Assembly (NCBI GenBank): GCA_020184695.1
Contig: JAANOX010000136.1
Coordinates: 186,001-250,000, forward strand
Length of the DNA stretch: 64,000 nucleotides
Direction of reading: 5' to 3'
From: Histomonas meleagridis 2922-C6/04-290x
Taxonomy: Eukaryota; Protista; Parabasalia
Shown here: piece by piece, positions 44,852 to 55,733 of the stretch
Layout of the letters: every line of letters starts with the position of its first letter
Numbering within the stretch: position 1 is the stretch's first letter
Notes under the pieces: generated by a model
What the model was told of the DNA's origin: nothing
What the model saw: the letters and a program-made list of their open reading frames with translations, nothing else
Database searches by the model: none
Program-made: the position numbers and the translations under genes

Positions 44852-47488
44852 ATGCGTGTAGAGCAAAAACATTCAACAAAAATAGTTTCATTCGACAAAA
44901 CTAAAAGATGTGTACAAATATTAAAGAAACTTTGGGGAATAATTTTCAATCTAAATGAAATAATATTTTAGAATCGGCTGAATTTACAGTCAACTGCATT
45001 GATCAAGAATTTTCATATTCATTTAACTTTATTATTTGTAAGATTGTATATTCATACTTTGTTGCAAGAGGCAATGATAAATTGTGTTTTGAGTATTTAA
45101 AACAACTTGAAATTAAAGAAAACAAAAACATTATCATTATTTTCTTGAAAATAATCAGTTTTATAGATACAAATCAATCATATTCTCTTCTCAAAAAATT
45201 TTTATCTACATTTATTAATCCAAATAAATATAAAGAAAAATCATTACAATTTATTTATAGTATGTTTGAAAAAAAAAGAGATTATATTGAATATTTTCAG
45301 TTCAAAGAATTTTTAGAAAATTTCCAAACATCATTTGATGGCGAAGAAATTAATGGAATATTGGCTTGTTATAAATATCTAAAGGGAAATGAAATTCTTG
45401 AATACATATTTGGAGATTATTTGGGGTTTGATAAAGATTGGGATTATCATCAAAAATTAATTAAAGATGAAGTTAATCCAAATGTAATTGCAAAAATAAT
45501 TAGAAATGATAAATTAGAAAAACTTCAAAACATAGCATCACAGACAAAATTTAATTTTAATCAATTTATTGAACCATCGCTTTATGAAAGATGTGATTTT
45601 ATTAATGAAGATAAAGTTACATTAATTGATTATTCAGCATTTTTTTCTTCTGTTAAATGTTTTAAATATTTACTTATGAATGGGGCCAATGTTGAAAAAA
45701 CAGGCAAATATGCTATTGCAGGTGGAAATTTAGAAATCATTCATTTATGTGAACAAAATCATTCAACATTTGAAGGTGGATATGAAGCAGCAATCGAATA
45801 TCATCGAAATGATATCTTTAAATATTTTTATAAAAACAACACTCTTGAAATTGGCTGTCTCGAAGAATTAGGGGTACTATGTATTTTCCATAATAATTAT
45901 CAAATTTTATTGTTTTTAATTGAAGAAGACTTACAAATTGATAATTCTCTCATTATTACATCAATAGAAACAGGCAACTTATTAATTGCTCAATGTTTTC
46001 TTGAAAAAAATCCAATTTCAATAAACTTTTTTGATATATCACCTTTTTATTGGAATAAAGAACTATTTAGTTTTCTTATTAATAACAAATTTATGGATCC
46101 TACCAAAAAAAACGTAAATAGACTTTATTTAATATTTAATTCTATGATTTGATATCTTAAAAAAAAAATTGGAATTTAATCAAATGATTTGATACATTAC
46201 TTATTTATGTGTCCGAAAAAGGAAATATAGAAATAATTAAATTACTCCTTAACCAAAAAGGAAATGACATAAATGCTAAAAACATATATTTATTTTGTTT
46301 AAAAATTATTTTAATTATTTTATATTTCAAAATAATGTTTGGAAATTATTTAAATTATTTAATACAGCACTTATCTTAGCATCTTCTAATGGTAATATAG
46401 AAATGGTTAAATTGCTTCTTGAACAAGAAGGAATTGATATTAATGCTAAAAATATTTATTTGTTTTATTTCAAATTTGTTTTAATAATTTTATATTTCAA
46501 AATAATATTTGGAAATTATTTAAATTATATGATACAGCACTTATTTGGGCATCTGAAAAAGGTCATACAGAAATAGTTAAATTACTTCTTGAACAAAAAG
46601 GAATTGATATTAATGCCCAAGGTATATATTTGTATTACTTAAAATTCTCTGTAATGTTTTTATGTTTCAAAAATATTTATGGTAATTACAAAAGTTATTT
46701 GGCACGGCAATATATTTAGCTTCTTTACGTGGTCAAACTGAAATGGTGGAGTTATACCTGAAGCGAAAAGAACTTAATTTCAATTTTAATTGTTTTTATT
46801 AGTATATATTGAGGATTGTATAAATTATTTAGTATTTAAAAAGAGAATTTGGCATTTAATCAAATGATTTCATCAAATGTTTTTAATAGGAACTTTAAAT
46901 GGTTATACTGAAATAGTTAAATTACTTATTGAGAAAGAAGGAATAAATGCTAATGTTAAAGATATTTATTAATTTTCCTTGGTATTTATATTAACAATTT
47001 TATGTTTTAAAATAATATTAGGAAATTATTAAAAATATTTGAAACAGCACTTATGAGAGCATGTTTAAATGATCATGTTGAAATCATTAAATTTCTTCTT
47101 GAACAAAAAGGAATTGATATCAATGCACAAGATATTCAAACGTTTTACTTAATATTTAATTTGACAAAATACTGTTTTATAATAATGTTTGGAAATTATT
47201 TTAATTAACTGAAACAGCACTTATGAAAGCATCACAATATGGTCGAAAACAAGCTGTTAAATTACTTCTTGGAAAAGAAGGAATTGACATTAATATAAAA
47301 AATATTTATCTAATTTATTTAATATCTGTTTTAGTTATTTTATATTTCAAAAAGACATTTGGGAGTTATTTAAGCTGCATGAAACAGCACTCACAAAAGC
47401 ATCTTCAGAAGGCTACACAGAAATTGTCAAAAAAATTCATAAATTCGAAATGAACCACCCCAATGATAAAAAGTGCCATTTCTTCTAA
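44852..47488 (+). CDS. DUF3447-ankyrin protein; 8 ankyrin modules each split by a 68-nt spacer; one extra 1-nt deletion near 44958
   Basis: DUF3447 motifs TLIDYSAFFSSVKCFKYL, YAIAGGNLEII, AIEYHRND. 170-nt period at 46090-47280; all eight ankyrin segments are stop-free. Removing 8x68 nt and adding 1 nt gives an open frame of 697 aa ending KKCHFF. Confidence 0.7.
46090..47449 (+). repeat. 170-nt tandem array (ankyrin exon plus 68-nt hairpin spacer), 8 units
   Basis: The GIDIN-equivalent codon starts at 46090, 46260, 46430, 46600, 46770, 46940, 47110 and 47280; the TAL-equivalent codon is always 104 nt later. Confidence 0.92.
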
Positions 47489-47828
47489 ACGGAGCGACAA
47501 CTTCAATAATGAGGAAGAACGAAAAAAAATTAAAAAATAAAGCAAAAAAGATACAAATCTGAATACATTGGCGATCATCTGAAAAAAATATATGACTAAT
47601 TTATTAGCACAAAATGAACGATAAGATCGAATAATAAAATATAAATTTTAATTATATTATGCCATATATATTAATAAAATAATCACGATATTTCTATTGA
47701 GTTATGTAAAAATATATTATGAAATTTTCAAGATATTTTTGTAATGTGCAAAAATACTTTCAATACATATCTGGTCGGACGGCGTGAGAAATTGATAATT
47801 TTCTGTATGGTCAGATAAACCCGCCGAA

Positions 47829-50627
47829 ATGCTCTCAAAATTAGTGTCATTTTATTCCAGCAAAAATTTAATGAATATGAAATCAAAACACAAAATGGCG
47901 AGCTACCCCCTTTCTACAAAACTTATTGATATTGAAAATTTCATTCAAATCAAGAAAATAAATTCTTGCTGTTTTTTATATAAAGGTAAAGCAGATAGCA
48001 AAAAATATTTTTTTTATTTGATCAAAAAATTTCCAGATGATGAGTCATTCATAAAATATGTCGATAATATTTACCAATTATATCATCCTTGCATCCAGCC
48101 AATTGCTGGTTTCACAATTAAGCCAACACATTTTGTAGTTTTTCATTGCCAAAAAAATATTTTTGAAATTGTACAAAAATCTACACCATTAACACTTACA
48201 CAAAAGCTAATTATTGGCCTTGGAATTGCCTCTGCATTTGAATATTTATATTCACAAGATTTCACACGAATTGTATTATCTCCATATTCTATTTTTTTAT
48301 CATCTGATTTCAAACCATTAGTATCACCAGTTGTTTGCGATAATTTCAAATCATTGATTGATTTATCTAATCCAGATATTCTCAAAATTAATTCCATTTT
48401 CGATCCACCAGAAAAAACTGAAACACGAAATCAAAATGCAAACTCTTATTCTTTAGGTGTTCTTTTTGTCTCCCTTCTCAATAACAAAATTTCCAAGCCT
48501 GGACCACAAAGCTCTTTTCCAATATTTTCTGATTTAATTTCAAGATGTTTATCCGTAAACGGTCAACGACCACTTTTTAGTGAAATTTGCGACACTTTTC
48601 GCGAAGAAAATGGAAAACATATCACCACTGAAATTGATGATATTCATCACTATGAAACCTTTAAACAAAAGCTTCATTATTTTGAGCAGATGGACTACAC
48701 TAACTATTATGAAATGTCCAAGCATTTTAAACTCGGCGACATTGTACATAAAGACGAAGTTTTATCTGCATATTATATGCAATTAGCTTCAAAAAAGAGT
48801 AAAAAAGCTCAATTTTCATATGCTAAAATGATCTTAAATGGCATTGGAGTACCAAAAGACAAAGAAAAAGCCATTGATTTACTTAATTTATCATTAGAAA
48901 ACGGATATGAAAAAGCACAAAAAGAACTTCAAAACATTGAGTTACGCGAGTCGACAAAAATCAGCATGAAGATACAAGAGATGTTATTAAATCTTAAATA
49001 CAGTGATCTTCAAGCGACAGCTAACTATTTCCTTAACATTGATCCATTATATTTCTCAACAGTTGCATTTAATATATCTTCTTTTATACGAATTCGACCT
49101 GAATCATTTAATACATTTATAGTATTAGTTATAACGTTGATCAAATCAAATAGTGAATTTGAAGACATGATATTAAATTCCATTTTCGAGAATAATTTAA
49201 ATTCATTTACAATAAGTTTCTTATATCAATTATATAAACGTAAACAACTTGAAATCCCAAAAATCCTTGATTATCTTGAATCATATTTTATTGAAGATTC
49301 GAAAGCGCTTTTATTTTTATATTGGTTTGGTCCTGAAATCAAGAAAGAAAACATTGATTTATATAATCAATTAGTCGAATCAAGTGAATTTGATGATTAT
49401 AATGAATATCAAAATCGTAATAAAATTCATCCAACAGATCCTATTCTGAGGAAAATTCGAACCAATTCTAAACATGTTATTGAAACAATTGATAAAAACA
49501 TATTAGAAAAAGGTAAAGTTAAGTTTGATCCATATGATCCTTATTCAGTAATGTTATCAGATCGATCTTATATCGAATATGCTGCATTTGTTGGATGTAC
49601 TTCATTATTTTCATGTATTTCCAAAGATTATAAATATTCAACATCGATTATTGTTTATGCAACTTGTAGTGGTTCAGTTGAATTATTGGAATTCCTTAAA
49701 AGTAAAAAATGTGATTTTTCAGGAACATTACAAATCGCTATTAAATTCCATCGTAATGAAGCATTTCAATATATATTAACAAATAATTTAGATAAAACAT
49801 CAAAAGATTTAATATTAGATGCCGCAATATCTAATAACATATACTTCTTAATGAATTATGATTGTAATTATTCATCTATTGATGAAAATGGTAATAATGC
49901 ATTACATTTAGCAGCTGAATTTGGAAGTTTAGATGTATTTCGTATAATAATTTCATCCAATAAATTAAATCCGAATTCGAAAAATAAAAATGGATTAACG
50001 CCAATGAGTATTGCAATCGATAATAATCAACAAGATATAATATTTTGTTTAAATCAAATCGATATAAATGAAAATGCATTTGATGATGATAATGAAGATA
50101 ATGAAAATGATTCGAATGAAGAAAATGAACATGAAATTAATAATAATAAAATTAACAATAAAAAAGAAGAGGAAGAAGAAGATGAAGAAGAAGAAGAACA
50201 ATTCGAATTAAAGCCACCGAAAAAGAATATTCGAATACAAAAGCCTTATTTAAGAGATCGATTACAAAACATTTTAACAAAGGAAAAATTCGAAGATGTA
50301 AAAAACAAAAAATTAAAAGGAGAATTGTTTAGTTTGATCGATACCTCTAAAAATAATAGTTTGCAAGTGAAAAATGAATACAATGAAATGATGATAGATG
50401 TAATTAATGAATTGTTGGAAGAAAATGAAATCGAAAAATTCGATTATGATCAATACATAGAATACTTAAAGAATATTTTCAATTCGGATACGCAATATAA
50501 ACAAAAGTTTCCCGAGGATTTGGTCCAAAAGACAAAAGATGCTATAGCTGATGAACAATTAGAAAAAATATTTAATTTCGCTGATCAAATTTTAAGTGAC
50601 CAATTAATGCTAATGTTTGGTTTCTAA
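47829..50627 (+). CDS. Pseudokinase - Sel1 - DUF3447 - ankyrin multidomain protein
   Basis: TKL-like remnants (LYHPCI, KLIIGLGIASAFEYL), Sel1 (AQFSYAKMILNGIGVPKDKEKA), DUF3447-like YAAFVG..AIKFHRNE, uninterrupted ankyrins GNNALHLAA and NGLTPMSIA, acidic tail. Confidence 0.8.
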   Translation: MLSKLVSFYSSKNLMNMKSKHKMASYPLSTKLIDIENFIQIKKINSCCFLYKGKADSKKYFFYLIKKFPDDESFIKYVDNIYQLYHPCIQPIAGFTIKPTHFVVFHCQKNIFEIVQKSTPLTLTQKLIIGLGIASAFEYLYSQDFTRIVLSPYSIFLSSDFKPLVSPVVCDNFKSLIDLSNPDILKINSIFDPPEKTETRNQNANSYSLGVLFVSLLNNKISKPGPQSSFPIFSDLISRCLSVNGQRPLFSEICDTFREENGKHITTEIDDIHHYETFKQKLHYFEQMDYTNYYEMSKHFKLGDIVHKDEVLSAYYMQLASKKSKKAQFSYAKMILNGIGVPKDKEKAIDLLNLSLENGYEKAQKELQNIELRESTKISMKIQEMLLNLKYSDLQATANYFLNIDPLYFSTVAFNISSFIRIRPESFNTFIVLVITLIKSNSEFEDMILNSIFENNLNSFTISFLYQLYKRKQLEIPKILDYLESYFIEDSKALLFLYWFGPEIKKENIDLYNQLVESSEFDDYNEYQNRNKIHPTDPILRKIRTNSKHVIETIDKNILEKGKVKFDPYDPYSVMLSDRSYIEYAAFVGCTSLFSCISKDYKYSTSIIVYATCSGSVELLEFLKSKKCDFSGTLQIAIKFHRNEAFQYILTNNLDKTSKDLILDAAISNNIYFLMNYDCNYSSIDENGNNALHLAAEFGSLDVFRIIISSNKLNPNSKNKNGLTPMSIAIDNNQQDIIFCLNQIDINENAFDDDNEDNENDSNEENEHEINNNKINNKKEEEEEDEEEEEQFELKPPKKNIRIQKPYLRDRLQNILTKEKFEDVKNKKLKGELFSLIDTSKNNSLQVKNEYNEMMIDVINELLEENEIEKFDYDQYIEYLKNIFNSDTQYKQKFPEDLVQKTKDAIADEQLEKIFNFADQILSDQLMLMFGF

Positions 50628-50799
50628 TATTTAAATTAAATTATAAATAAAAATGTTTTATTTCTTTTAATATGAAGTTTTGGAAAAATTTTTGCATTTC
50701 ATAAATGTTACCAAAAACTGCCTTAAAATTTATTTTTTCAATTGAAAGAGAAATGTAATCATATTTTTAAATCCAATTTTAATAAAAGTTGTGCATTTG

Positions 50800-50990
50800 G
50801 TTTTACAAACGAAGATAGCAACTTAAGCATGTGATTCATGAATAAAATGTATAAGTTTGAATTGAAGTCACTAAATTTGGAATTGTAGTATTGTGAAATA
50901 TACATGAATAAAATGCAGTACTTCCAATTGAAGTAATATTTCCTTCAATAGCTGTTGCTAATTTTGAACATGAATTAAATGTTGATACAA
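50800..50990 (-). pseudogene. Orphan BspA LRR fragment
   Basis: Minus strand reads IEGNITSIGSTAFYSC and IPNLVTSIQTYTFYS, near-identical to repeats of the adjacent BspA gene. Confidence 0.6.
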
Positions 50991-51323
50991 TTAAGCTTAA
51001 TTGAACGTACCTATTATAGATATAATTATATTATATGAATTGATTAAAAATATTCAATTTGAAAATAGTAAAAAGTTATAAATAATTGTAAATAAAAGTG
51101 AATAATAAAAGTTAATGAGTGCCTGAAGTTGATAAACATTGTTCTGTTTTAAAAAGGTAATTTCTTCGTTGAATGTAAACAATGTGTTGATTAATTTGAA
51201 ATAGCTAAATAAGCACGTTTTTGATTGTTATTTAAATACGAAAAAAATTTATAAAAGAAAATTATACATATCGAAAAATACAATCCGTTTATTGATTATA
51301 TCGTTTAGTTATTAATAAAAATT

Positions 51324-54300
51324 TTATATGTCATCGTCCATTGAATCATTTTCTTTGAAATCATCCGCAAATGGATCTTCTTTAACATTATCTAAGTTGG
51401 CAACAAAATTATTCATAAATGTATTACTGATCGTTTTTTCATCGCTAACACTTTCAACATCATCACTCAGTTTTTTACTTCGAATACGAACAAGTATTAC
51501 AGCAAGTATCGAAACGCCTATAATGACTGCTGCTGCAACACAAACTCCAATGATAATTTGATTGGTATTATTCGTGTCTTGATTTGGTTCATTGTCATTT
51601 TGATTTTGAAGAAGTGTATAAAAACCTGAATAATATGAAAAGTATGAAGAATATTCCATAAATATATATTCATAATAAATAAATTTAGTATTAATATAAT
51701 AAGTCGATGAACCAAACATAGAAAGTGTTAAAGTATCTATAAATGTAAGTTTATGCGTAATCGATTGTGTTAACGTTTGTGTGAAAATTATTGTGCGCAT
51801 AAATGTTTCACCAAATTTTAATGAAGCCGTAAATGATTTTGATTGAGTAAACGTATTGGATTGTGAAAATTTGTTCGATTTTGTAAATGTATTTGAATAT
51901 GTATTTGATCCTGTGAATGTGTGTGTTGGCCACTGATATTGTTCACATTCGTCTGTTGGCGTTCCAAGTGATACTTCAAGTGTACCAAAACTTGGAGAAC
52001 TATATAAATCTGATGTCATAACAGACTTCGCTTTTATACCAGAAAAAGCATTTGAATCAATAGATGGAGATTGATAACCCATAAAATATATACATGTGAG
52101 ATTCTCACAATTTTTAAATGCGTCATCTCTGATTACATTTACTTTTTCACCAATTATAAGTGTTTCCAAATTTGAACATGATTGAAATGAATAACTTCCA
52201 ATCGAAGTGACTGAATTTGGTATTGTAATATTTTTTAATGATGAACATAAAGAAAATGCATAATCTCCGATTGAAGTTACACTTTCACCAATTTTCACTG
52301 TTTCTAAACTTGAACATTGATAAAATGTATAAACTTGAATCAAAGTAATTAAATTGGATATTGTAATATTTGTTAATGATGTACATAATTGGAATGCAGT
52401 ACTTCCAAGTGAAGTTACTGTATCTGGAATTACAATATTTTTTAATGATGAACATGATAGAAATACATGATTTTCAATCGAAGAAACTGATTTTGGAATT
52501 GTAATATTTGTCAACGATTCACAGTATTGAAATGCATAACATTTAATTGAATTTACATTTTCACCAATAATAATTAATTCTAATCCGCTACATGAACCAA
52601 ATATATAAGATTCAAGCGAAGTAACTAAATTTGGAATTGTGATACTTATTAATGCTGAACAATATTGAAATACAGAACTTCCAAGTGAAGTAACTGAATT
52701 TGGAATTGTAATACTTGCTAATGATGAACATGATTGAAATGCAGAACTTCCAATTGTTGTAACTGTATCTGGAATTGTAATACTTGTTAACGATGAACAT
52801 GATTGAAATGCAGAATTTCCAATTGAAGTAATATTTCCTTCAATAATAACTGTCTCTAAATTTTTACATGATTGAAATACAGAACTTTTAATTGAAGTAA
52901 CTAAATTTGGAATTGTAATACTTGTTAATGATGAACATAATTGAAATGCATAATCACCAATTGTATAAACTGTATCTGGAATTGTAATACTTGTTAATAA
53001 TGAGCATGAATCAAATGAATGATCTCCTATTGTTGATACATTTCCACAAATGATCACTGTTTCTAATTTTAAACAATAACAAAATGTATAACTTTGAATT
53101 GAAGTGACTAAATTTGGAATTGTTATACTTGTTAATGAACATGAATAAAATGCAGAAATTCCAATTGAGGTAATGTTTCCTTCAATGATAACTGTTTCTA
53201 ATCTTGAACAATAATAAAATAAATAACTTTGAATTATTGTAACTAAATTTGGAATTGTTATACTTGTTAATGATGAACATTGATAAAATGCAGAAATTCC
53301 AATCGAAGTAACTAAATTTGGAATTGTAATACTTTTTAATGATGAACATTGATAAAATACATAATTATCAAGTGTTGTAATTGAACTTGGAATTTCAAAC
53401 GTCGTATTTGAAATTGCTGATGGATAACAAATAATTGTTGTCAAATTTTTATCATAAAAAACTCCATTACTTTCACTGCGATAATAATTATTTTCTTCTG
53501 ATACATGAATAAATTCAAGTTTCGTGCATCCTACGAAAATGCCTGATCCTATTGAAGTCACAGATTTTGGAATTGTAATACTTGTTAATGATGAGCATGA
53601 TTGAAATGCAAAACTTTCAATTGAAGCCACTTTTTCACCAATAATAATTGATGTTAATTTTGAACATGAATTAAATGCATAACTTCCAATCATAGTAACT
53701 AAATTTGGAATTGTAATACTTTTTAATGATGAACATTGATAAAATGCAGAACTTTGAATTGTTATAATTGTATTTGGAATTTCAAACGTAGTGCCTAAAA
53801 TTGCTGATGGATAACAAATAATTGATGTCAATTCTTTATTATAAAGTACTCCATTACTTTCACTGCGATAATAATTATTTTCTTCTGATACTTGAATATG
53901 TGAAAGTTTTGTACATCCAGCAAAAACACTTGCTCCAATTGAAGTAACAGATTTTGGAATTGTAATACTTGTTAATGATGAGCATGATTGAAATGTAAAA
54001 CTTCCAATCGTTGTTACATTCTCACCTATTATAATGGATTTAATGTTAGAACAATAAGCAAAAGCAGAATTACCAATTGAAATAACTGAATCTCCAATTT
54101 CAACTGATAATAATGATGTCCAGCTGCTAAAACTATTCGTAACTAATGTTTCAACACCTCCAATAATTATTAAGTGATCTGTTTGATCTTTATATGCATT
54201 TCTTCGTGAATATTCATCCGAATTTGTGATAGTAAACGTTTCATTTGTCGAATCATATGTTTCATGTGTTTGAATAAAAAAGAAAACAATGAAAAATAGA

Positions 54301-54776
54301 ACTATTTTTTTCTTATTTTTTGATATTTCATGAAAATTTTGTAAGGATAATTTTGTTGAATAAAGTTACAAATAAAACAAAATAAATTCATAAAGAAAAA
54401 TAAATGACAAATGTATCAAAAATATCCTGTTAATGTAAAACAATCCCATTTTACCTTCAAGTATTGTGAAAAAAGGTAATTTTGATAAAATATGGTTCGA
54501 AAAAATTTTGGTCTTTTGATGATTATTTTCTTTTGTATTTGAACAGAAATTATCATAAAAATTAGAAAGGCGTAGTCCTTTATAGTCATTTATTCTTTGC
54601 ATTTTGTGATGGTAAGGTTTATTTAAAATGATGTTTGAAGATGCTTGTATATCTTTGAAGTTCTTGCTTATAATATTCTCAAGAAATGCTGTTTGCATTG
54701 GCACATCTGAAGAATGATATAATAATATTGAATTCCCTAAAATTAGCAAAGAAACAAAGGACATAAGTGTGAACAT
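51324..54776 (-). CDS. BspA-like LRR surface protein (leader - TpLRRs - SNTFT stalk - TM - DPF tail) with one in-frame TAA at 54366-54368
   Basis: The frame is open from 54365 to 51324 (well upstream of the track start at 53831) and from 54776 to 54369. About 25-30 TpLRRs; TM IIIGVCVAAAVIIGVSILAVILV; tail EDPFADDFKE. Confidence 0.85.
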
Positions 54777-55733
54777 CTCTAGAGAAATCCTGGCGGTTTG
54801 AGAAAAATAGTATTCAAATTTCCGATATTACCCACAATATTTCACTACGTTATTTGTTTTGGGTAATACATTCAATATAACCTCAAGTTGGACTGTAAAG
54901 TATTATTAAATAAGGAAGGGAAAAAAGGAAGAAAAAAGAGGAATGTAATTACAATGAGTAAAAAAAAAAAAATCATAACAACCCAGCGCGAGCCGAATGC
55001 TTTTGAAATTGCAAAATTTTGAAATAATTTTATACTCATTATTCCATAATAAATTATTTTTGATTAAAAATATTGTCACTTTTGGAATTTTTTTGATGAA
55101 ACAAGAAATTATCTTGATATAAAGTTAATTAAAATCTTCGATAATTAGAATATCTTCATTACATATATGTTCAACATCATTTTTTCTCAATTTATTCGCA
55201 ATATATGTAGTTATCAAAAGTGTTTTCTAATTTAATAATATATTTAACCAATTGAGTGGCGAAAATTATTTTAATTTAATTTGAAATCATTAAATATATC
55301 AATCATTTCTTTGCAACCAATTCTGGATGCCCATTCGATTGCTGTTTGAAAAAATTTATACAATTTTGAAATATTATATTAAAATACTAAATTATAGAAA
55401 CAAATTATATATAAAATCATTAAATACCTTTAACATTAATATCAATTCCTTTTTGTTCAAGAAGTAATTTAATTATTTCTGTTCTACCATATTTCGATGC
55501 TATTATAAGTGCTGTTCTAAATAATTTAAATAATTTCCAAATATTGTTTTGTAATAGTAAATAAAACATATAAATATTACTTTTAGCGTTGATATCAATT
55601 CCTTCATGTTCAAGAAGTAATTTAACAATTTCAAAATTACCATTTTTTGATGCTAAAATAAGTGCTGTATAAATAATTTAAATAATTTACAAATATTATT
55701 TTGGAATATTAAATTATTAAAATATGTATTATA

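Noticed and set aside
44957-44961. Programmed frameshift at the single-base deletion in the 44852 gene
   Set aside because: No slippery heptamer or downstream structure; more likely a mutation or consensus indel error.
46457-46530. T4 gene 60-type bypass with matched take-off and landing codons
   Set aside because: No codon pair matches consistently across units (e.g. AAT/TGA, TAT/TTA, AGA/TTT). Only a weak first-base match at offsets 30/98 is seen.
46462-46537. Canonical GT...AG intron ending at the ACAG of the Thr-Ala codons
   Set aside because: It would remove 76 nt, leaving 94 nt per unit (frameshift) and deleting the conserved Thr. There is no CTAAC branch motif and the GT is not universal.
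46295-46576. Small stand-alone ORFs in ankyrin arrays (46295-46576, 47223-47453, 35894-36166)
   Set aside because: Each is one ankyrin module plus read-through of adjacent spacers, not an independent gene.
46090-47449. CRISPR-like repeat/spacer array
   Set aside because: The variable parts are ankyrin-coding, the unit is 170 nt, the context is eukaryotic and no cas genes are present.
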